Part shown: one piece after another, positions 29,468 to 45,100 of the stretch
Numbering within the stretch: the first letter of the stretch is position 1
How the letters are laid out: each line of letters opens with the position of its first letter
Assembly: GCA_964016885.1 (NCBI GenBank)
Contig: OZ024741.1
Coordinates: forward strand, 15,004,001-15,068,000
DNA from: Eledone cirrhosa
Lineage: Eukaryota
Direction: 5' to 3'
DNA length: 64,000 bases
Made by a program: the position numbers and the translations under genes
The notes under the pieces: generated by a model
The model's database searches: none
Seen by the model: the letters and a program-made list of their open reading frames with translations, nothing else
What the model was told of the DNA's origin: nothing

Positions 29468-29899
29468 TATATATATGTGTGTGATACATGTATGTGAATG
29501 TGAGTGTGCGTATGTATGTGGGGAAGAGAGAGAGGAGGGAGACAAGAGAGAAAAAGAGAAAATTTAACGAGAAAGGGAGATAATTTCAATAAATTAAATA
29601 TTAAATTAAATATTAAGTGGGAGGACGCAAAAGAAAAGAGGCATACGAGAGACACATGTTTCAATGATAATGCTTTATATATGTATGTATTAAATATATA
29701 TGGTCTTTGCACCTTTTTAATTCACAAACTATGGTGTAAGCACTTTTTAGCACTTCCCGTCGCTTTTTCCTCTTGTCATACTCCTATATCTTTTTGTTTC
29801 AACTTTTATTTCTGTTTCTATATTCAGATGAAGAACTTCTGCCCGAAACGTTAAGACACTTTTCCTACAACGTCAAACGCTAAACTAACTTATATATCT

Positions 29900-30086
29900 G
29901 GATTGGCAGTATCGGTAGACGGTCGGACGCCATGCTTTCTAGCAAAGAGTTACGTCTCTTTTTGGTCTGATTTCAAATCCCGCCAAGGTTAACTTTGCCT
30001 TTCATCCTTACGGGGTCGATAAAATAAAGTACCAGTAATACACTGGGATAATTGCTGGCCTTGTGCCAATATTAGAAATAATTATA
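29900..30086 (+). mobile_element. tRNA-derived SINE (octopus OR/OK-type), near full length
   Basis: A-box-like TGGCAGTATCGG, B-box-like TTCAAATCCCGCC, body TTTGCCTTTCATCCTTACGGGGTCGATAAAATAAAGTACCAG, tail GGCCTTGTGCCAA..TAGAAA. Confidence 0.8.
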
Positions 30087-30150
30087 TTGTATTGTTTGTT
30101 TTGTTCTTTCCCGTCTACATTTAGCATACATATGAATTTAGCACACACGC

Positions 30151-30279
<129 letters not shown>

Positions 30280-30557
30280 TGTCGAACACCCATCGACCCT
30301 CTAAACGTTTCCAATCTACAGTAAGATATCTTTTCTTTTAAATCGTTGACACCAAAGTAATTATGTTCTGCCTGTTTCCAATAATTAAACAAGGTTTTAG
30401 TTCCTTTTAGGGATGGATAACTTCACACTGGTCTTAATATACCCCAGATAAACAGTGAATGCAATTACGCAGCGCGTGCAAGCCGCATGAAGAATTAACA
30501 GTCAAGTTAATATCATCATATTTAGTCATGGAGTCAGGAGTAAAGTGTAATTATTTA

Positions 30558-30750
30558 ATAATTATTTCTACTTTGACACAAGGCCAACAATCATCCCAGT
30601 GCATTACTGGTACTTTATTTTATCGACACCGTAAGGATTGAAAGGGAAAGTTAACCTCGGCGGGATTTGAACTCAGAAGGGCAAGGGCCGTAAACTCTAT
30701 GCGTCAAAGCATGGCGTCCGACCCTCTACCGATACTGCCAATCCACCCTC
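30558..30750 (-). mobile_element. tRNA-derived SINE, near full length
   Basis: Reverse-strand copy with GGATTGGCAGTATCGGTAGAG and GAGTTCAAATCCCGCCGAGG. Confidence 0.8.
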
Positions 30751-31049
30751 TCATAATGGCGACATGTTTCATTTTTATTGTGCCTCTTCAGTGAAGGATT
30801 ACTTTCTCCGTACTTGCTAGCTTAATGATAAGACACTGTTCACTAATCTATGAGAAGAAGAGGGGGGGGGGGGGGTCAATGATATTAATAATTGGATGTG
30901 GTGGGCGTGGGGACTTTTAAGAGAACAAGATGGAGAAGGAGGAGGAGGAGGTTATGACAGGATGAGGAGGAGGGTGGTGAGAATGGGGAAGAGGAAAAGA
31001 AAGAGGAAGAAAATAAAGAGCCCGAGGTGGAATATTTATAATACTGAGA

Positions 31050-31097
31050 ATGGTGATGTTAGTAATGATGATGATGATGATGATGATGGTGTTTATA

Positions 31098-31148
<51 letters not shown>

Positions 31149-31409
31149 GTGATGGCGATGATGATGATGATGATGGTGTTTATAATGATGATGATGATAA
31201 TGATGATGATGATGATGATGGCGATGATGATGATGATGATGATGATGATGGTTATAATGATTATAATGATGATGATGATCGCAATGATGGCGGCGATGAT
31301 GACCATCATCGCCGCCATATTCATTACATGAGGTTATGAATAAACAATATGAAAAAGGCGTGGTCAGTATGGAAGTGGGCGTGGCTCTAGCTGAGAGTTA
31401 ATTACACTA

Positions 31410-31441
<32 letters not shown>

Positions 31442-31444
31442 TTA

Positions 31445-31480
<36 letters not shown>

Positions 31481-31528
31481 GTAGTAGTAGTAGTAGTAGT
31501 AGCGGTGGTGGTGATGGTGGTGGTGGTG

Positions 31529-31569
<41 letters not shown>

Positions 31570-31695
31570 AGTAGTAGTAGTAGTAGTATTAGTAGTAAGG
31601 TAGTAGTAGTAGTAGTAGTAGTAGCGGTGGTGGTGATGGTGGTGGTGGTGTGGTTGTAGTAGTAGTAGTAGTAGTAGTGGTGGTAGTAGTAGTAT

Positions 31696-31733
<38 letters not shown>

Positions 31734-31735
31734 AT
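31050..31735 (+). repeat. (GAT)n tract (31050-31305) and (TAG)n/(TGG)n tract (31410-31735)
   Basis: Seen directly. Confidence 0.9.
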
Positions 31736-31887
31736 AATTACTCCAGCAATTACCTCACTGTATTACTGGGTACTTTATTTTATCGACTCCGTAAGGATGA
31801 GAGGTTAACTTTGCCTTTTATCCTTACGGGGTCGATAAATAAAGTACCAGTAATACACTGGATATTTTCTGGCCTTGTGTAACTGAC

Positions 31888-31919
<32 letters not shown>

Positions 31920-32589
31920 GGTGGTGGTGGTGCCGGTGATGATGATGACGATAGAGATAGTGATTATGGTGTTGATGATGATGATGGTGATGGTGATATT
32001 TTCCATCCGCTCTTCATCTCCAGTTATAATGCTCTAGCAACTGGTGAGGCGGACATCTCCACAGAAGATGTACTACGACTGGGAATGTCTGCACAGTTTT
32101 AGAGGTGAGTAGGTGTGGGGCCCCACTGAAACCCTGCAAAGTTTCCTGGTTGGATACCACATAGACCCTAGACTGGTAGGGACTATGTAATCTGTTCAAA
32201 CATCCAAGATTAAGTGTTGATGTTAAACAGTGAATTAATATAATCGTTATAGCGTAGGACAAAATGCTTTACAGTATTTTCTTCTTCCTCTCTGCATTCT
32301 GAGTTCAAATCTCACCGTGTATACATTATGAAATTATATACCGCAGTGATAGATTTAGTGTAGAACTGGGTTTAACACAAACACGTGGCCCTTTCGGGAG
32401 ACCACCCTGATGCAGGCATTCGTGCTAGGTCTAAGTTTGAAAATATCTACCGTATTTCCCGGCGCCGAAGACGCTTCGTCCTCGAGGACGCACCCTAATT
32501 TTGACAACCAAAAATTTGAAAATAAACAATAAACAACCTTCGGCCTCCATGACGCATGGTAGATGTTTGAGACTTATTTTCACCAATAA

Positions 32590-32935
32590 CGGGTGGAAGA
32601 CTGGCCATTTCAGTTAAGTAATTTACCAACCAGGACCTCTTCCAGGACCCCACATCTAAAACCAGCAGGTTTTGACCTTGCCAGAAAGCAACGGGTGTCC
32701 CGTAATCGGGTCCGCACAACACATGCCAGGACAACCAATCATCTCCATCGGTGGAAAATAAAAGACAGCCGAGCATGTGACTGTGGGGAACCTGACCAGA
32801 CAGTACTGCAGGTTATTCTGGATTGCCCCCCTTAGATGTTTTTCCGGTGGCTTGGAGGCTATCTATAATACAACAAATGACACTTTGGTCATGCTCATCA
32901 GTCTCGACCCACCACTCTAGTTACTCTACATATGG
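32590..32935 (+). mobile_element. Non-LTR retrotransposon (Ingi/Vingi/I-like) C-terminal fragment
   Basis: GFDLARKQRVSRNRVRTTHAR..HLHRWKIKDSRACDCGEPDQT..VILDCP, then after a frameshift RCFSGGLEAIYNTTNDTL..LDPPL*: a degenerate C-terminal zinc-knuckle region. Confidence 0.7.
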
Positions 32936-33180
32936 GATAGGAAACAGTTGTAGTTTGTGTTGGATATAAATAAGGGTGGATGCAAGGATAAGGGGACATT
33001 TCTGCCAATGAACGGCTGATTAGCGGTGGAACAAGTAAAGATAGTCTCCCATCTGTGGACAAAGGGAATTAGAAGGCTTTTCAGAAATGTTTCAATTTTC
33101 ACAGCAATGCTTATAAATGAATTATATTCAACTGGGTGATGTCTAAAAACATCTGACTGATAGAATGACAAGTTAGTCAA

Positions 33181-33475
33181 TCATATTGGTGGCCTCCCCA
33201 CAGCCCCGGCGGACAGAATGGAGAAGGCGTTTCCCCGGAGGACGGCAAGGGAGACGCGCTGGAAAAGCCATTCCAGCTCGCGAGGCTCACACCTGCGGCT
33301 GGCCAGCTCAGCGCCTATGGTGGTGAGTAGGGGAGGTAGCCCTAGGGTCGAGGACATCAGAAGTTTCCACTGCCAAGGGTACAACCGCAAACCTGTCGGA
33401 GAGCGACCGGTATTTGAATAGTTTGGCCTCCTCAGCCCCGACCTGGTGCAGCAGAACCTGGGGTAGTCGCAGAAC
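33181..33475 (-). mobile_element. CRE-like non-LTR retrotransposon, restriction-like endonuclease C-terminal fragment
   Basis: GSAA..AEEAKLFKYRSLSDRFAVVPLAVETS, then after a frameshift IGAELASRRCEPRELEWLFQRVSLAVLRGNAFSILS. Confidence 0.7.
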
Positions 33476-33861
33476 TTATAAATTGTATTTATATCTACAT
33501 TAGATATATGTTACATTTTCTAATATTCCATATAATAAAAAATGTAACATATTCGATGCAGATATAAATACAATTGTTCTGTATGGAAATTCATTTCTCT
33601 TGTATAAGAAATTTTCTAACCACACGAAATCGTTTTTCTCCCTATTTAACCTATTAGTGTCCACTCTAATTTCCCGTGTTGGAATATTAAGGATACAGAC
33701 TTAATTAAATTATTGAGAGAGTGGGAAACCAACTGAAGGTGTATGGGTTCCTATTCAATCACATCTTTTCAGTATTATATATATAAGGGTGACACCACCC
33801 GAACTCACGGTCGGACTTCTGAATCATTAATAAACCCACACTGCAATATCTTATTTCTCAT

Positions 33862-33901
33862 TCTTTCTCCCGAAGAAGGACTAGCGTCCGAAACGTTAAG
33901 A
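33862..33901 (+). ncRNA. Degenerate minimal hammerhead motif
   Basis: TCTT..CCGAAGA-A-GGAC(TAGC)GTCC-GAAACGTT-AAGA; a more decayed relative sits at 29824-29857 (CAGATGAAG...CCCGAAACGTTAAGAC). Confidence 0.5.
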
Positions 33902-34005
33902 CCCTCTTCCTGCTATATCAAGCGTTAACTTAATATATCCCTTCCATATACAGTACCGATTGTGTTGTTATATATATATGTGTATTTACACACACACGCA
34001 CACAC

Positions 34006-34100
<95 letters not shown>

Positions 34101-34109
34101 ACACACACA

Positions 34110-34150
<41 letters not shown>

Positions 34151-34176
34151 GCACGCACGCACACACACACACGCAC

Positions 34177-34243
<67 letters not shown>

Positions 34244-34580
34244 TATATATATTTGTTTTGCAAGGTTTTCTATATGAAATCGTGTGTCGAAACAAATATC
34301 ATTGATTGACCAATTTTACAATACAATACAATAGGAGGGAACATATTAATAGTACCGCTGATGATGTTGCAACGAAAGAACTTTAATAGACTATATATAT
34401 ATATATATTTATATCTGTATTTTTAACCGTTGGTCAATCAATGATAAACGTTGATTGCCAAATAAATTAACTATGGAGACATAAAAGATACAGAAGCGAA
34501 AACCAACCAAAGAGTGAGTGTGTTCTGTTATTATTTCTGGCAATATTATTACAACGATATGACCCTCCCCAAGTATAACA

Positions 34581-34684
<104 letters not shown>

Positions 34685-34769
34685 ATTTGTGTGTGTAAGC
34701 AATAAATATGACGGAAGAAATAAGCAAGAAATATAATAGAAAATATATTAAAAAAACAAAAGAAATAAA

Positions 34770-34972
34770 AAGAAGAAGAAGACGAAGAAGAAGAAGAAGA
34801 AGAAGAAGAAGAAGAAGAAGAAGAAGAAGAAGAAGAAGGAGAAGAAGAAGAAGAAGAAGAAGAAGAAGAAGAAGAAGAAGAAGAAGAAGAAGAAGAAGAA
34901 GGAGGAGAAGAAGAAGAAGAAGAAGAAGAAGAAGAAGAAGAAGAAGAAGAAGAAGAAGAAGAAGAAGAAGAA
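34770..34972 (+). repeat. (GAA)n microsatellite
   Basis: Seen directly. Confidence 0.95.
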
Positions 34973-35326
34973 TGTGATGATGTTAAGGATGATAATGATT
35001 ATGGAGGGGGAGGAGGAGAAAGAAAGTGGATGTGTATTGATAAACATGTCTATTTGTTAGTGATTGATCTTAGTTGAAGGAAGAAAGACGTTGCTGTTAT
35101 TAAATCCATCGTGAAGTGTTAAGAGTGTGACAAAATGGCGGACAGAGAGGAAAAACAGGAAGAAGGACGATGGACAGGGAGGAGGGGGTATAAATAGATA
35201 TTAACACAAGGTACTAATACATACACACATCTATGTGCATTCACACACACACATACACACATGCATGCCCACATGCACACATACACATATACATATTTAT
35301 ATAGATATATACACAGATATGAATAC

Positions 35327-35367
<41 letters not shown>

Positions 35368-35519
35368 CAAACAGAGGCACACACACTCACACACAGACAG
35401 GCGCAGACACTCACACACATATGCAAGCACATTGATCCTCAGACACACGCGCACATACACACACACACACATATATATATACAAATATATATACACACAC
35501 AAACACACACACATGTATA

Positions 35520-35935
35520 TATATATTTACACATACACATATATACATATACATATATATATATACATATATACATATACATATATATATATATACATAT
35601 ATACATATACATATATCATATACATATACATATATACATATACATATATACATATACATAAATACATATACATATATACATATACATATATACATATACA
35701 TATATACATATACATATATACATATACATATATACATATATACATATATACATATACATATATACATTTACATATATACATATACATATATACATATACA
35801 TATATACATATATACATATATACATATACATATATACATATATATATACATATATACATATACATATATACATATACAGATATACATATACATAAATACA
35901 TATACATATATACATATACATATATACATATACAT
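35520..35935 (+). repeat. (ATATAC)-based compound microsatellite
   Basis: Seen directly. Confidence 0.9.
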
Positions 35936-36149
35936 ACGCATCCACATACACAAACCTATTTAGACAGACGAATAGGTTTATTAGATTTGCACCATACACA
36001 GAAACAGAGAGTCACACCATATACACACACATACACATACACACAGAGGGACCACACACACAAACACACATAATACACTCATACACACACACACAAACAT
36101 CGGTGGAGTGTAGTAATCGCAAAAAGGCGGGCTTGATATCAAATATTTA

Positions 36150-39100
36150 ACCATCATCATCGTCACTATTATCACCATCACCATCATCTCTATTATGACC
36201 ATCATCATCATCATCACTGTTATCACCATCATCATCATCACTATTATCACCACCATCATCCTCACTATTATCACCATCATCATCATCACTATTATCACCA
36301 TCAACATCATCATCATCACTATTATCACCATCATCACTATTATCACCATCACCATCACTATTATCACCATCATCATCATCACTATTATCACCATCATCAT
36401 CATCACTATTATCACCACCATCATCATCACTATTAACACCATCATCATCATCACTATTATCACCATCACAATCACTATTATCACGATCATCATCATCACC
36501 ATTATCACCATCATCATCATCACTATTATCACCATCATCATCATCACTATTATCACCATCACCATCATCACTATTATCACCATGACCATCATCACTATTA
36601 TCACCATCACCATCATGACTATTATCACCATCACCATCATCATCTCTATTATCACCATCATCATCATCACTATTATCTCCATCATCATCGTCACTATTAT
36701 CACCATCACCATCATCACTATTATCACCATCACCATCATCACTATTATCACCACCATCATCATCATCACTATTATCACCATCATCATCATCACTATTATC
36801 ACCATCATCATCATCATCACTATTATCACCATCATCATCATCATCACTATTATCACCATCATCATCATCACTATTATCACCATCATCATCATCACTATTA
36901 TCACCATCATCATCATCACTATTATCACCATCACCATCATCACTATTATCACCATCACCATCATCACTATTATCACCATCACCATCATCACTATTATCAC
37001 CATCATCATCATCATTATTATCACCATCATCATCATCACTATTATCACCACCATCATCATCACTATTATCACCATCAGCATCACTATTATCATCATCATC
37101 ATCACCATCACTATTATCACCATCATCATCATCATCATCACTATTATCACCATCATCATCATCACTATTATCACCACCACCATCATCGTCACTATTATCA
37201 CCATCATCATCATCACTATTATAACCATCACCATCATGTTAACTATTATCACCATCATCATCAGCACTATTATCACCACCATCATCATCACTATTATCAC
37301 CATCACCATCATCACTATTATCACCATCATCTTCACTATTATCACCATCATCATCATCACTATTATCACCATCATCATCGGCATCACTATTATCACCAGC
37401 ATCATCATCACTATTATCACCACCATCATCATCATCACTATTATCACCATCATCATCATCATATCTATTACCATCATCATCATCACTATTATTACCATCA
37501 CCATCATCATCACTATTATCACCACCATCACCATCATCATCATCATCACTATTATCACCATCACAATCATCTCTATTATCACCATCATCATCATCATCAT
37601 CACTGTTATCACCATCATCATGATCACTATTATCACCACCATCATCATCACTATTATCACCATCATCATCATCACTATTATCACCATCACCATCATCACT
37701 ATTATCACCATCATCATCATCACTATTACCACCATCACCATCATCACTATTATCACCACCATCATCGTCACTATTATCACCATCATCATCATCACTATTA
37801 TCACCATCATCATCATCATCACTATTATCACCATCATCATCACCATCACTATTATCACCATCATCACCATCGTCACTATTATCACCATCATAATCATCAC
37901 TATTATCACATTCATCATCATCACTATTATCACCATCTATCATCATCACTATTATCACCATCATCATCATCACTATTATCACCATCATCATCATCTCTAT
38001 TATCACCATCACCATCATCTCTATTATCACCATTATCATCACTATTATCACCATCATCATCATCACTATTATCACCATCAGCATCATCATCACTATTATC
38101 AGCATCATCATCATCATCATCACTATTATCACCATCAGAATCACTATTATCACCATCATCATCACCATCACTATTATCACCATCATCATCATCACTATTA
38201 TCACCATCATCATCATCACTATTATCACCATCAGCATCATCATCACTATTATCACCATCATCATCATCATCATCACTATTATCACCATCATCATCATCAT
38301 CACTATTATCACTACCACCATCATCCTCACTATTATCACCTTCATCACCATCATCATCATCACAATTATAACCATCACCATCATCATCACTATTATCACC
38401 ATCATCATCATCATCACTATTATCACCATCATCATCATCATCATCATCACTATTATCACCACCATCATCATCACTGTTATCACCATCACCATCATCATTA
38501 TTATTACCATCATCATCATCACTATTATCACCATCATCATCATCACTATTATCACCATTATCATCATCACTATTATCACCATCATCATCGGCATCACTAT
38601 TATCACCAGCATCATCATCACTATTATCACCACCATCATCATCATCACTATTATCACCATCATCATCATCATATCTATTACCATCATCATCATCACTATT
38701 ATTACCATCACCATCATCATCACTATTATCACCACCATCACCATCATCATCATCATCACTATTATCACCATCACAATCATCTCTATTATCACCATCATCA
38801 TCATCATCATCACTGTTATCACCATCATCATGATCACTATTATCACCACCATCATCATCACTATTATCACCATCATCATCATCACTATTATCACCATCAC
38901 CATCATCACTATTATCACCATCATCATCATCACTATTACCACCATCACCATCATCACTATTATCACCACCATCATCGTCACTATTATCACCATCATCATC
39001 ATCACTATTATCACCATCATCATCATCATCACTGTTATCACCATCATCATCACCATCACTATTATCACCATCATCACCATCGTCACTATTATCACCATCA

Positions 39101-42100
39101 TAATCATCACTATTATCACATTCATCATCATCACTATTATCACCATCTATCATCATCACTATTATCACCATCATCATCATCACTATTATCACCATCATCA
39201 TCATCTCTATTATCACCATTATCATCACTATTATCACCATCATCATCATCACTATTATCACCATCATCATCATCACTATTATCACCATCAGCATCATCAT
39301 CACTATTATCACCATCATCATCATCATCATCACTATTATCACCATCATCATCATCATCACTATTATCACTACCACCATCATCCTCACTATTATCACCTTC
39401 ATCACCATCATCATCATCACTATTATAACCATCACCATCATCATCAATATTATCACCATCATCATCATCATCACTATTATCACCATCATCATCATCATCA
39501 TCACTATTATCACCACCATCATCATCACTGTTATCACCATCACCATCATCATTATTATTACCATCATCATCATCACTATTATCACCATCATCATCATCAC
39601 TATTATCACCATCATCATCATCATCATCACTATTATCACCATCATCATCAGCATCACTATTATCACCACCATCATCATCACTATTATCAGCATCATCATC
39701 ATCGTCACTATTATCACCATCATCATCATCTCTATTATCACCACCATCAGCATCATCATCACTATTATCACCATCATCATCATCTCTATTATGACCATCA
39801 TCATCATCATCATCACTGTTATCACCATCATCATCATCACTATTATCACCATCACCATCATCATCACTATTATCACCATCATCATCATCACTATTATCAC
39901 CATCATCATCGTCACTATTATCACCATCACCATCATCACTATTATCACCATCACCATCATCACTATTATCACCATCACAATCACTATTATCACCATCATC
40001 TTCATCACTATTATCACCATCATCATCATCACTATTATCACCACCATCATCATCACTATTATCACCATCATCATCATCATCACTATTAACACCATCATCA
40101 TCATCACTATTATCACCATCACCATCATCACTATTATCACCATCATCATCATCACTATTATCACCATCACCATCATCATCACTATTATCACCATCATCAT
40201 CATCACTATTATCACCATCAACATCATCACTATTATCACCATCATCATCATCACTATTATCACCATCACCATCATCACTATTATCACCATCACCATCATC
40301 ACTATTATCACCATCACCATCATCACTATTATCACCATCAACATCGTCACTATTATCACCATCACCATCATCACTATTATCACCATCATCATCATCACTA
40401 TTATCACCATCATCATCATCATCACTATTATCACCATCATCATCATCATCACTATTATCACCATCATCATCATCATTATTATCACCATCATCATCATCAC
40501 TATTATAACCACCATCATCATCACTATTATCACCATCAGCATCACTATTATCATCATCATCATCACCATCACTATTATCACCATCATCATCATCATCATC
40601 ACTATTATCACCACCACCATCATCTTCACAACTATCACCATCATCACCATCATCACTATTATCACCATCATCATCATCACTATTATCACCATCATCATCA
40701 TCATCATCATCATCACTATTATCACCATCATCATCAGCATCACTATTATCACCACCATCATCATCACTATTATCACCACCATCATCATCGTCACTATTAT
40801 CACCATCATCATCATCATCACTATTATCACCATCATCATCATCATATCTATTACCATCATCATCATCATCATCGTCACTATTATCACCATCATCATCATC
40901 ACTATTATTACCATCACCATCATCATCACTATTATCACCACCATCACCATCATCATCATCGTCACTATTATCACCATCATCATCATCTCTATTATCACCA
41001 CCATCAGCATCATCATCACTATTATCACCATCATCATCATCACTATTATCACCATCACCATCATCATCACTATTATCACCATCATCATCATCACTATTAT
41101 CACAATCATCATCATCACTATTATCACCATCATCATCATCACTATTATCACCATCACCATCATCACTATTATCACCATCATCATCATCACTATTATCACC
41201 ATCACCATCATCATCACTATTATCACCATCACCATCATCACTATTATCACCATCATCATCATCACTATTATCACCATCATCATCATCACTATTATCACCA
41301 TCACCATCATCACTATTATCACCATCACCATCATCACTATTATCACCACCATCATCATCACCACTATTATCACCATCATCATCATCACTATTATCAACAT
41401 CATCATCATCCCTATTATCACCATCATCATCATCACTATTATCTCCATCACCATCATCACTATTATCACCATCATCATCATCACTATTATCACCAACACC
41501 ACCAACATAATCATCACTATTATCACCATCATCATCATCACTATTATCACCACCATCAACACCACTATTATCACCATCATCATCATCATCACTATTATCA
41601 CAATCATCATCATCACTATTATCACCATCACCATCATCATCGTCACTATTATCACCATCACTATCATCACTATTATCACCATCATCATCATCACTATTAT
41701 CACCATCATCATCAACATCACAATTATCACCATCATCATCATCACTATTATCACCATCATCATCATCATCACTATTATCACCATCATCATCATCATCACT
41801 ATTATCACCACCATCATCATCACTATTATCACCATCATCATCACTATTATAACCATTACCATCATCATCACTATTATCACCATCATCATCATCACTATTA
41901 TCACCATCATCATCATCAGTATTATCACCATCATCACCATCATCACTATTATCACCACCATCATCATCACTATTATCACCATCATCATCACTATTATCAC
42001 CATCATCATCATCATCACTATTATCACCATCATCATCATCATCACTATTATCACCATCATCATCATCACTATTATTACCACCATCATCATCACTATTATC

Positions 42101-45100
42101 ACCATCACCATCATCTCTATTATCACCATCATCATCACTATTATCACCATCATCATCATCACTATTATCACCATCATCATCAGCATCACTATTATCACCA
42201 CCATCATCATCACTATTATCACCATCATCATCATCGTCACTATTATCACCATCATCATCATCACTAGTATCACCATCATCATCATCTCTATTATCACCAT
42301 CATCATCATCACTATTATTACCATCACCATCATCATCACTATTATCACCATCATCATCATCATCATCGTCACTATTATCACCATCATCATCATCACTATT
42401 ATTACCATCACCATCATCATCACTATTATCACCATCATCACCATCATCATCATCGTCACTATTATCACCATCATCATCATCTCTATTATCACCACCATCA
42501 GCATCATCTCTGTTATCACCATCATCATCATCACTATTATCACCACCATCATCATCACTATTATCACCATCATCATCATCACTATTATCACCATCAACAT
42601 CACCATCATCACTATTATCACCATCATCATCATCATCACTATTATCACCATCATCAGCATCACTATTATCACCATCATCATCATCACTATTATCACCATC
42701 ATCATCACGATCACTATTATCACCATCATCATCATCACTATTATCACCATCATCATCATCACTATTATCACCATCATCATCATCACTATTATCACCATCA
42801 TCATCATCACTATTATCACCATCATCATCATCATCACTATTATCACCATCATCATCATCACTATTATCACCATCATCATCATCACTATTATCACCATCAT
42901 CATCACGATCACTATTATCACCATCATCATCATCACTATTATCACCATCATCATCACGATCACTATTATCACCTTCATCATCATCACTATTATCACCATC
43001 ATCATCATCACTATTATCACCATCATCATCATCATCACTATTATCACCATCATCATCATCATTATTATCACCATCATCATCATCACTATTATCACCACCA
43101 TCATCATCACTATTATCACCATCATCATCATCATCACTATTATCACCATCATCATCATCATCACTATTATCACCATCATCATCATCATTATTATCACCAT
43201 CATCATCATCACTATTATCACCACCATCATCATCACTATTATCACCATCATCATCATCACTATTATCACCATCATCATCATCACTATTATCACCATCATC
43301 ATCATCACTATTATCACCATCACCATCATCACTATTATCACCATCATCATCACCACTATTATCACCATAACCATCATCATCACTGTTATCACCATCATCA
43401 TCATCACTATTATCACCATCATCATCATCACTATTATCACCATCATCATCATCACTAGTATCACCATCACCATCATCACTATTATCACCATCACCATCAT
43501 CACTATTATCACCATCACCATCATCACTATTATCACCATCAACATCGTCACTATTATCACCATCACCATCATCACTATTATCACCATCATCATCATCACT
43601 ATTATCACCATCATCATCATCATCATTATTATCACCATCATTATCATCATCACTATTATCACCATCATCATCATCATTATTATCACCATCATCATCATCA
43701 CTATTATCACCACCATCATCATCACTATTATCACCATCAGCATCACTATTATCATCATCATCATCACCATCACTATTATCACCATCATCATCATCATCAT
43801 CACTATTATCACCATCATCATCATCATCACTATTATCACCACCACCATCATCGTCACTATTATCACCATCATCACCATCATCACTATTATCACCATCATC
43901 ATCATCACTATTATCACCATCATCATCATCATCATCACTATTATCACCATCATCATCAGCATCACTATTATCACCACCATCATCATCACTATTATCACCA
44001 CCATCATCATCGTCACTATTATCACCATCATCATCATCACTATTATCACCATCATCATCATCACTATTATCACCATCATCATCATCACTATTATCACCAT
44101 CATCATCATCATTATTATCACCATCATCATCATCATCATCACTATTATCACCATCATCACTATTATCACCATCATCATCATCACTATTATCACCATCACC
44201 ATCATCACTATTATCACCATCACCATCACTATTATCACCATCATCATCATCACTATTATCACCATCATCATCATCACTATTATCACCACCATCATCATCA
44301 CTATTATCACCATCATCATCATCACTATTATCACCATCACCATCACTATTATCACCATCACCATCACTATTATCACCATCACCATCATCACTATTATCAC
44401 CATCATCATCATCACTATTATCACCATCACCATCATCATCACTATTATCACCATCATCAGCATCACTATTATCACCATCATCATCATCACTATTATCACC
44501 ATCATCATCATCACTATTATCACCATCACCATTATCACTATTATCACCATCATCATAATCACTATTATCACCATCACCATCATCATCACTATTATCACCA
44601 TCATCATCATCACTATTATCACCATCATCATCGTCACTATTATCACCATCACCATCATCACTATTATCACCATCACCATCATCACTATTATCACCATCAC
44701 CATCATCACTATTATCACCACGATCATCATCATCATCACTATTATCAACATCATCATCGTCAATATTATCAACATCATCATCGTCACTATTATCAGCATC
44801 ACCATCATCACTATTATCACCATCACCATCATCACTATTATCACCATCACCATCATCACTATTATCACCACCATCATCATCATCACTATTATCACCATCA
44901 TCATCATCACTATTATCACCATCTTCATCATCACTATTATCACCATCATCATCATCACTATTATCACCATCATCATCATCACTATTATCACCATCATCAT
45001 CATCACTATTATCACCATGATCATCATCATCACTATTATCACCATCATCATCATCATCACTATTATCACCATCATCATCATCACTATTATCTCCATCATC

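Noticed and set aside
29900-29985. tRNA gene
   Set aside because: The A/B boxes belong to a SINE head; no cloverleaf.
31365-31410. GC-box-like GGCGTGG motifs as a promoter
   Set aside because: Short motifs between microsatellites with no supporting evidence.
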